Below are positions 57,714 through 64,000 of a stretch of DNA of 64,000 nucleotides, in pieces. Position 1 is the stretch's first letter. The number at the start of each line of letters is the position of its first letter. The position numbers and the translations under genes were made by a program. The notes under the pieces are model-generated. The model ran no database searches. It was not told where the DNA came from and saw nothing but the letters and a program-made list of their open reading frames with translations. Source of the stretch: Eledone cirrhosa (taxonomy: Eukaryota); the NCBI GenBank assembly GCA_964016885.1, contig OZ024742.1, positions 47,864,001 to 47,928,000 on the forward strand, given 5' to 3'.

Positions 57714-57962
57714 TATAAAGAAAAAAAGATGAAATCGAAAATACAACTGGAGTCTTATTTTAAAAAAAATATATATATTTATTTGGTTCCTTTACGGTTT
57801 CGCAGTTCTTCTGCTTTTCAAAGTAGAGTTGAGATGGAGGGTCTGTAGTTTTTCTCACATCACAGAAGAACTGCGAAACCGTAAAGGAAAGAAATAAATA
57901 TATATATTTTTTTAAAAATAAGACTCCAGTTGCATTTTTGATTCCATCTTTTTTTGTTTATA
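57714..57962. repeat. Fold-back inverted repeat, arms about 100 bp
   Basis: 57714-57813 vs 57863-57962. Confidence 0.9.
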
Positions 57963-58031
57963 CTTTCACTCGTGTAGGACACATCGGTTATTTTTCATTT
58001 TGTTAAAAAACCCTCACTTTCTAATAATAAT

Positions 58032-58077
<46 letters not shown>

Positions 58078-58085
<8 letters not shown>

Positions 58086-58635
58086 ATATATATATATATA
58101 TACATACTACTGTACGTATGTATACATATATGTATGTACGTGTACATACTTATATTTAAGTAACAGCCGTACTAAGAGTGGCAAATGAAATTTCGTTTCA
58201 TTTTTTGCGTTTATCGTTTTCGGTGCACCCGGCCGATTAACCCACTCGATATGCAAATTGGGCTACTCAGCCGTTAATATGCATAAGGTAAGTATATACG
58301 TTCAACAATCTGGCAGGAAGGTATACGTTGCTGACGATAGCTAATAAGCTTAAAACTAGTACAGCGTTCCTTTGTCAGTGTTGAACAAACGAGCAACAAG
58401 GGTTGCTAGACACTACGGCTTAATACGGGATGTTTGTTTATAAACACACCGAGCATTATAATAAATGTTCGGTGAATCCATACGTACATATATATATATG
58501 TGTGCATGCATGTATATATATATACATACTACTGTACGTCTGTATACATATATGTATGTACGTGTACATACTTATATTTAAGTAACAGCCGTACTAAGAG
58601 TGGCAAATGAAATTTCGTTTCATTTTTTCCGTTTA
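58078..58635 (+). mobile_element. Retrozyme-like family B, locus 3: about 1.3 units, 422-nt period; HHR at 58325-58367 with G12A
   Basis: ACTTATATTTAAG at 58148 and 58570; ACGTTG-CTGACGA-...-AAAA-CTAG-TA-CAGCGT. Confidence 0.9.
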
Positions 58636-58680
58636 TATATCGATAGATATAGATATATACATACAAATACACAGACACAG

Positions 58681-58743
<63 letters not shown>

Positions 58744-58832
58744 CAGAAGGGATATTCAACGTCTTGGTAAATCAACAAATATAAATGTTCATGACTGATA
58801 CAGAGCACTCGACATATTTTCTGGAGTATAAT

Positions 58833-59175
58833 ATTCAATGATATTAAGTAAATGGAAACTATAGTTATAAAACCGTATTTATTCTATTATATATATCTTA
58901 AGGGTACCAAAACTTTGGTACGCTATCATCAGATAAAATAAGAAATGTGTCTTATAAATGTTGACTTAACCTGGAAAATATACCTTCAAATTTACCTACC
59001 CAAGGAAAACTTGAACCGTTAAGGTATATTTTCCTTGGTTATGTCAACATTCATAAAACACACTTCGTATTTCATCTGATGATTGCGTACAGAACTTTTG
59101 GTACCCTTGAAATATATATAATAGAATAAATATGGTTTTGTAAATATAGTTTCCATTTACTTAATATCATTGAAT
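58833..59175. mobile_element. Fold-back element (arms about 154 bp) with an HHR in each arm
   Basis: 58833-58986 vs 59021-59175. Confidence 0.88.
59068..59128 (+). ncRNA. Type I HHR (decayed mirror copy at about 58880-58940, minus)
   Basis: TATTTCAT-CTGATGA-TTGCGTAC...GTACCCTT-GAAA-TATATA-TA-ATAGAATA. Confidence 0.75.
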
Positions 59176-59229
59176 TTTATATATATATATATTATATATA
59201 GTTATGTAATAAACAACATAAGATAATTA

Positions 59230-59290
59230 TTTCATTGACCAGTCGTTTCTTGAAAGCAAACAAAATTTGCTTTCAGTCATCAGAATGAAA
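59230..59290 (-). ncRNA. Type I hammerhead ribozyme
   Basis: TTTCATT-CTGATGA-C TGAAAGCAAA ttttg TTTGCTTTCA A-GAAA-CGACTGG-TC-AATGAAA: perfect 7-bp stem I, 10-bp stem II, GUC. Confidence 0.88.
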
Positions 59291-59992
59291 AAATCCTGGT
59301 GTATTTACTGACAGTGGATTTTGAAAACAAACATATAATCTATATGAAAATGAGGCTGGAAAAGGAAGAAGGAAAGGAAAAAGAATAAATATAAAAGTAG
59401 ATAAACACACATGCACACACACACGCACACGCACACCCACATATACATACATACATATATACATATATATATATACATATATATGTATATATACATATAT
59501 ATACATTCACACATATATACACATACACACATATATGTATATGTATATATATATATACATACATATATATATATACATATGCATGCATACACATACACAC
59601 AAATATACAAACACACACATATATGTATATATGTATATATATATATATATATACACACACACAATCATACATATATACACACGTACATATACACACATAC
59701 ATACACACATATCATATATATGCACACACATATATAGATATATGTATAAAAAACAATGGACAACCATATAATGCAAAAGGCCGTCACATCAACATAAAAA
59801 TAAAAAAATAAAAAAATATACGACTTAAGAAAATAAAAATGAAAATGATTATAAAGTTGTCAGCGATACAGGAGAGGACACAAATAAATAAACACACGTG
59901 GTAAGCAATACACACATTTACACATACACATACATACATATAAATATATACATAGACACACACACACACACATATACATATATAGAGGAACG

Positions 59993-60200
59993 ATCGACTT
60001 TCGTCAAATCGGACCGAGGGAACAATGTTTCCGTTGGTCTTTCCAATTGCTAATACTATCTATCGGTCTCAACTCCAGGTAGAAGGAGCAACGTGAAATA
60101 AAGTGTCTTGCTCAAGGACATAACGCATCGCCTGGCCAGGAATCGAACTCACAACCTTACGATTGCGAATCCAATTCTCTAACCACTCAGCCACACGCCT

Positions 60201-60202
<2 letters not shown>
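59993..60202 (-). mobile_element. SINE family 2
   Basis: Homologous to 48440-48651. Confidence 0.88.
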
Positions 60203-60263
<61 letters not shown>

Positions 60264-60331
60264 GTATATATATATATATATACATACATATGTATATATA
60301 AACATATATACACATACATATATATATATAT

Positions 60332-60387
<56 letters not shown>

Positions 60388-60389
<2 letters not shown>

Positions 60390-60745
60390 AGGATGAATAT
60401 AAAATGAAAGTGCTTTTTTTAAAAAAGGAATTTATTAGATATTGACATATGTTTCTGTAACAGACTGAATACCTATGTATCGCTGCTTGCGTAATCATAT
60501 AATGTTAGCAAGTATTCGATAGCAAATGTATAATCAGTTGTCACTTCTTCAGAGATTTTGGATAAATTGGATAAAATCAGAAAAATTGAAGTATTTATAT
60601 TAGTAAAAGAGGAAGAAACAGAGGGGATAGTATATGACAGATGGTAAATTAATTTACTGCTAAACAAGTATATAATGGGTTTCTAATGAGAATACCATGA
60701 GTAAATCTAAATAAGAATTTTGGGAGTGCCAATTATATATAAATA
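60388..60745 (-). mobile_element. Solo pLTR fragment of PLE2
   Basis: Near-identical to 27418-27716. Confidence 0.85.
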
Positions 60746-60968
60746 TATAAGAAAATACATAAATATTATATATATATAAATAAAAAGCTGGAAGGGGTAA
60801 ACAAATAGTTGGGAATACGACAAATAATAAATAAATAAATAAATAGATAAAGGTATAAATGTTTATAGCTGATTTAGAGCACTCAACAAGTTTCTGGAGC
60901 AAATAATCATTGAAAATAAACATTAAATCACTCTGTATCTAATTATGCATACATATATATAATTATAT

Positions 60969-61032
<64 letters not shown>

Positions 61033-61241
61033 TTTCTGAATTTGTTTAGCAAGATTCTTTATCTGAAATCGTGTGTTGAAACCGATATTGTTATACTTTG
61101 GGAGGGTCATGTTGCCAATAAGCAACACACGCACCAGATGCTTTCACTTCAATTTATTATAATAAATTTATAATAAATTTATAAATTTATAAATTTCTGG
61201 TTTGTTGGTTGGTTCCACAACCAGATAGTTGTTTATCTATT

Positions 61242-61284
61242 GTCATAGTTCTTTCGTCACACACTCTGTGACCTCTTCAGTGAC
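61242..61284 (-). ncRNA. Minimal type I HHR in the PLE3 pLTR
   Basis: GTCA-CTGAAGA-G-GTCAC agagtgt GTGAC-GAAA-GAAC-TA-TGAC, sense to the ORF. Confidence 0.8.
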
Positions 61285-61485
61285 TGGGGATTACTTTCTT
61301 TGTTTCTGTGCCTCTCCTTTGTTCTGTCTTACGCCATTTTGTATCTGTGTGTGTGTTGTGTGCTCAGTCTACGCATGCGCCACATCCGGGTGTCTGTGTG
61401 TGTTTATGTTCATTTATTTATTTGTTTATTTACATGTTACTGGTTGGTTGTTTGTTCTATGTATGTGTGTGTTTTCATTTTGTCC

Positions 61486-63605
61486 TTAATTGTAAGTTGT
61501 GATGTTGCTGTTCCACTCATATTTTCTATTTAATTTTGGTTGTAATTCTTTTATGTTTATTGCCTCTGTAATTCGTCTAAACATTGCGTCTTTTCTGTGT
61601 GTAGATTCTATTTTTATTTCTATGTTCTCTAATTTACCCTTGTGTTCTATTTTAGCATGTTGGTAGAGTACATATGATTCTTTACTATCCTGAAGGTCTC
61701 GCCAGTGTTCATTTATCCGTTCCCCTACACTACGAGCTGTCTCACCTATGTACACTATATTTTTGTCTCTACATTGTCCTTCAGTACATCTTATGCTATA
61801 CACTACATTTCTAGTTTACAGTTAATATGGGGGCTTATTTTACAGGTTATACATTTCTTATCTATACATGAGGGTCTTTGAAAAGGGTATGTCTTGCTAA
61901 TAAGTGTTTTTACGGAGGTACCTGGTCTTTCTACTATCTTAATATTGAGTTTATGTTTATTTAGAGCCCTTCTAAATTTGTAAGCTAATTCACCTCCAGG
62001 GGTTGTATCGATGAACATTACATCCTGGTATTTATTGCTATCATACCATGAGTTTATTCTATTAGCCTTGTTGCTAGTTCTTTCTATTCTATTCCAAAAG
62101 TTGCTCCTATACAAGGGGCAGGTCCCATTTGTGTCATTATTTACCATTTTTTCCCATTTGGTTCTGGCTCCTCTATACACTCTGATTTTATCTCTCTGAT
62201 TGTAGCCAGAGAACTGCATACGGTGGATGAAGTATTGTATGTGTCTCTCTAGTTCTTCGGGGTTGCACATGCGGGACACGTTTCTCATCACCCGTACCAA
62301 ATCCGCAATCAGTATGTTGATTTTGGTATGGTCCGAAACGGCCGAGTTTCGGTGGATCAGATGTTTGGAAATCATGGGTTTGGCATAATGGGAATGGAGG
62401 ATTTGTTTTTTCGTTATTAATGGTATGTAACCAGAGTTCTGTGTCTAGTACAGGTAATCGATGGTTGGGGTGTTTACTTGGGTAGTCTATAGTAACTCTA
62501 ATGCTCTGGTGAATGGAATTAGCTATTTGCTGGATGCTTTCCATTGTGTTTTTCTCTAGTTCCTGACCGTTCTCTAGTGGGGATGTCTTAACTACGATGT
62601 TTATATCATCAACGTAGCGGGAGTACATTATCAGGGTTAAGGGGTCTTCTAATTGTTCTTTAAGTTTAAGTTTAAGTCTACTGTCCCACCATACCATGAA
62701 TAAGTTAGCTATGTCGCCTGCAATGCTAACACCAATGGCTGCTCCTTCCTCTTGGGCATATGTATTTCCATTAAATTTGAACATATGTTCCTTAAGGGAT
62801 AGTTTTATGCTGGCCCCTACCGCATGTGCAATTATTTTCTTCAGTTCATCCTGGTTTTCGGGTGTCCGTTCCATCTATCTGTGTGGGTTTTCTTGGCCAT
62901 TGAGGTAATGGTAGGTGGTTTGCCTCTTGTTGGTCTTGTAGGGCACAGGTTGCTAAGGTCATATGTGTCTAGGTAATTATTACTATAGGTAAGTTTAAGT
63001 AGAAGTCCCAGCTCACTGGTATCAATCCCACGGAACTCAACATTGCTCTCACTGATCCTTTTCTACGCATTTCTCCACAGCAAAATCCACGTCAATAGAT
63101 GGATACAGGGACACAACATCCATACTACCTATTATGCAGTTTGTTAGGTCCCTAGATCGGTTACTCACGCAGATTCTGCTAAGGAGGTCCTCCGAGCTGT
63201 CATACATCTGGGGACATTTCAATGATGGGGCGTATGATCAGGGAGAGGAAGTAGGACAGTCTGTAGTTACTAGCAATGTTAGCTCCACAGACTGGCCGTG
63301 TTGGTGGTCCCGCGACAGGGTCACTGCCCGTTTTATGGTCTTTTCGAAGCCCATACAACGCCGGCACGTCATTGTTCCAGAAAGTTGTTGGCAATCCTTT
63401 TGTTGGGCTGCATTATATTCGTCCACATCACCATATGGGCATTGAGGGCTTTTTCTCTATCCTCATGCTCCTGTGGTGTTACCTCTCTTGTGTTAGTGAT
63501 GTGGGGTTGCATTGCCTGGATGTAGTTTGGCAGGCTGTCAACCGACATTCTGCCAGACTTGTCTGTTGGAAAGCATGCTATCTCTCCATTACGAGAGCGC
63601 TGCAC
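61486..63605 (-). pseudogene. PLE3 RT and GIY-YIG polyprotein, frameshifted
   Basis: CFPTDKSGR; LYGLRKDHK; RPVCGA; GSMDVVSLYPSID; QEEGAAIG; YSRYVDD; LPVLD; MFIDTTPGGEL; VYIGETARSVGERINEH. Confidence 0.93.
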
Positions 63606-63777
63606 AATTTAGTATATCTAGATCCGAACTTAGAAAGTATTATAGAACAGTATAGCAAGAAGCATAATAGAATGGAGGCCCAGAAACTGGGAGAAAAATC
63701 TGCAAATGGCTTGCGTAAGCTCATGCAGCGCTCGCGTAATGGAGAGATAGTCTTCAAAATTATAATTATTACTATAG

Positions 63778-63853
<76 letters not shown>

Positions 63854-64000
63854 GTATATACACATATGTGTGTGTATATGTGTAAGTTTATATATATACA
63901 TATATAAATATATGCTTGTGTGTGTGGGTGTGTGTGTGTGTCTGTATATGTATGTTTCCATGCATGAATGAATACACTAAGCTTTAGATTTAGTAGAATG

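Larger units (their letters stand above)
61030..63751 (-). mobile_element. Penelope-like element 3 (Naiad-like), 5'-truncated, with an inverted 5' segment (63606-63751, plus)
   Basis: pLTR 61030-61485, ORF remnant 61486-63605, (TA)n on both sides. The clade call is inferred from recalled motifs. Confidence 0.9.

Noticed and set aside
63195-63205. In-frame TGA in the Naiad-like ORF as possible selenocysteine
   Set aside because: It coincides with a 2-nt deletion (the frame resumes as DSSEDLL), other conserved Cys positions use TGY, and I saw no SECIS. A family consensus would settle it.

Overview
AT-rich, microsatellite-dense eukaryotic DNA. The SINE repertoire and (TA)n/(CA)n/(GA)n density suggest an octopod cephalopod, but that is inference only. 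I found no convincing host gene; most listed ORFs are microsatellite translations. The window is built from decayed Penelope-like retroelements (PLEs, about 4 lineages, with RT and/or GIY-YIG domains), RTE, CRE-like and probable Tx1 LINE fragments, and tRNA-derived SINEs. The dominant unexplained signal is a dense population of type I hammerhead ribozymes (HHRs): by eye about 38 motifs in about 12 sequence families, intact and decayed. The centrepiece is a 4.2-kb array of near-identical, highly structured, non-coding 310-nt units (51041-55250). It holds 13 intact HHRs, with about 10.5 units on the minus strand joined head-to-head to about 3.1 units on the plus strand, and looks like a recently integrated rolling-circle retrozyme (viroid-like circRNA) concatemer. 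A second, 420-450-nt HHR tandem family occurs at three loci. Every inverted insertion whose sense I could assign is joined 5'-to-5', with both 3' ends facing outward, usually into (TA)n. All structures were read manually; no folding program or database search was run.
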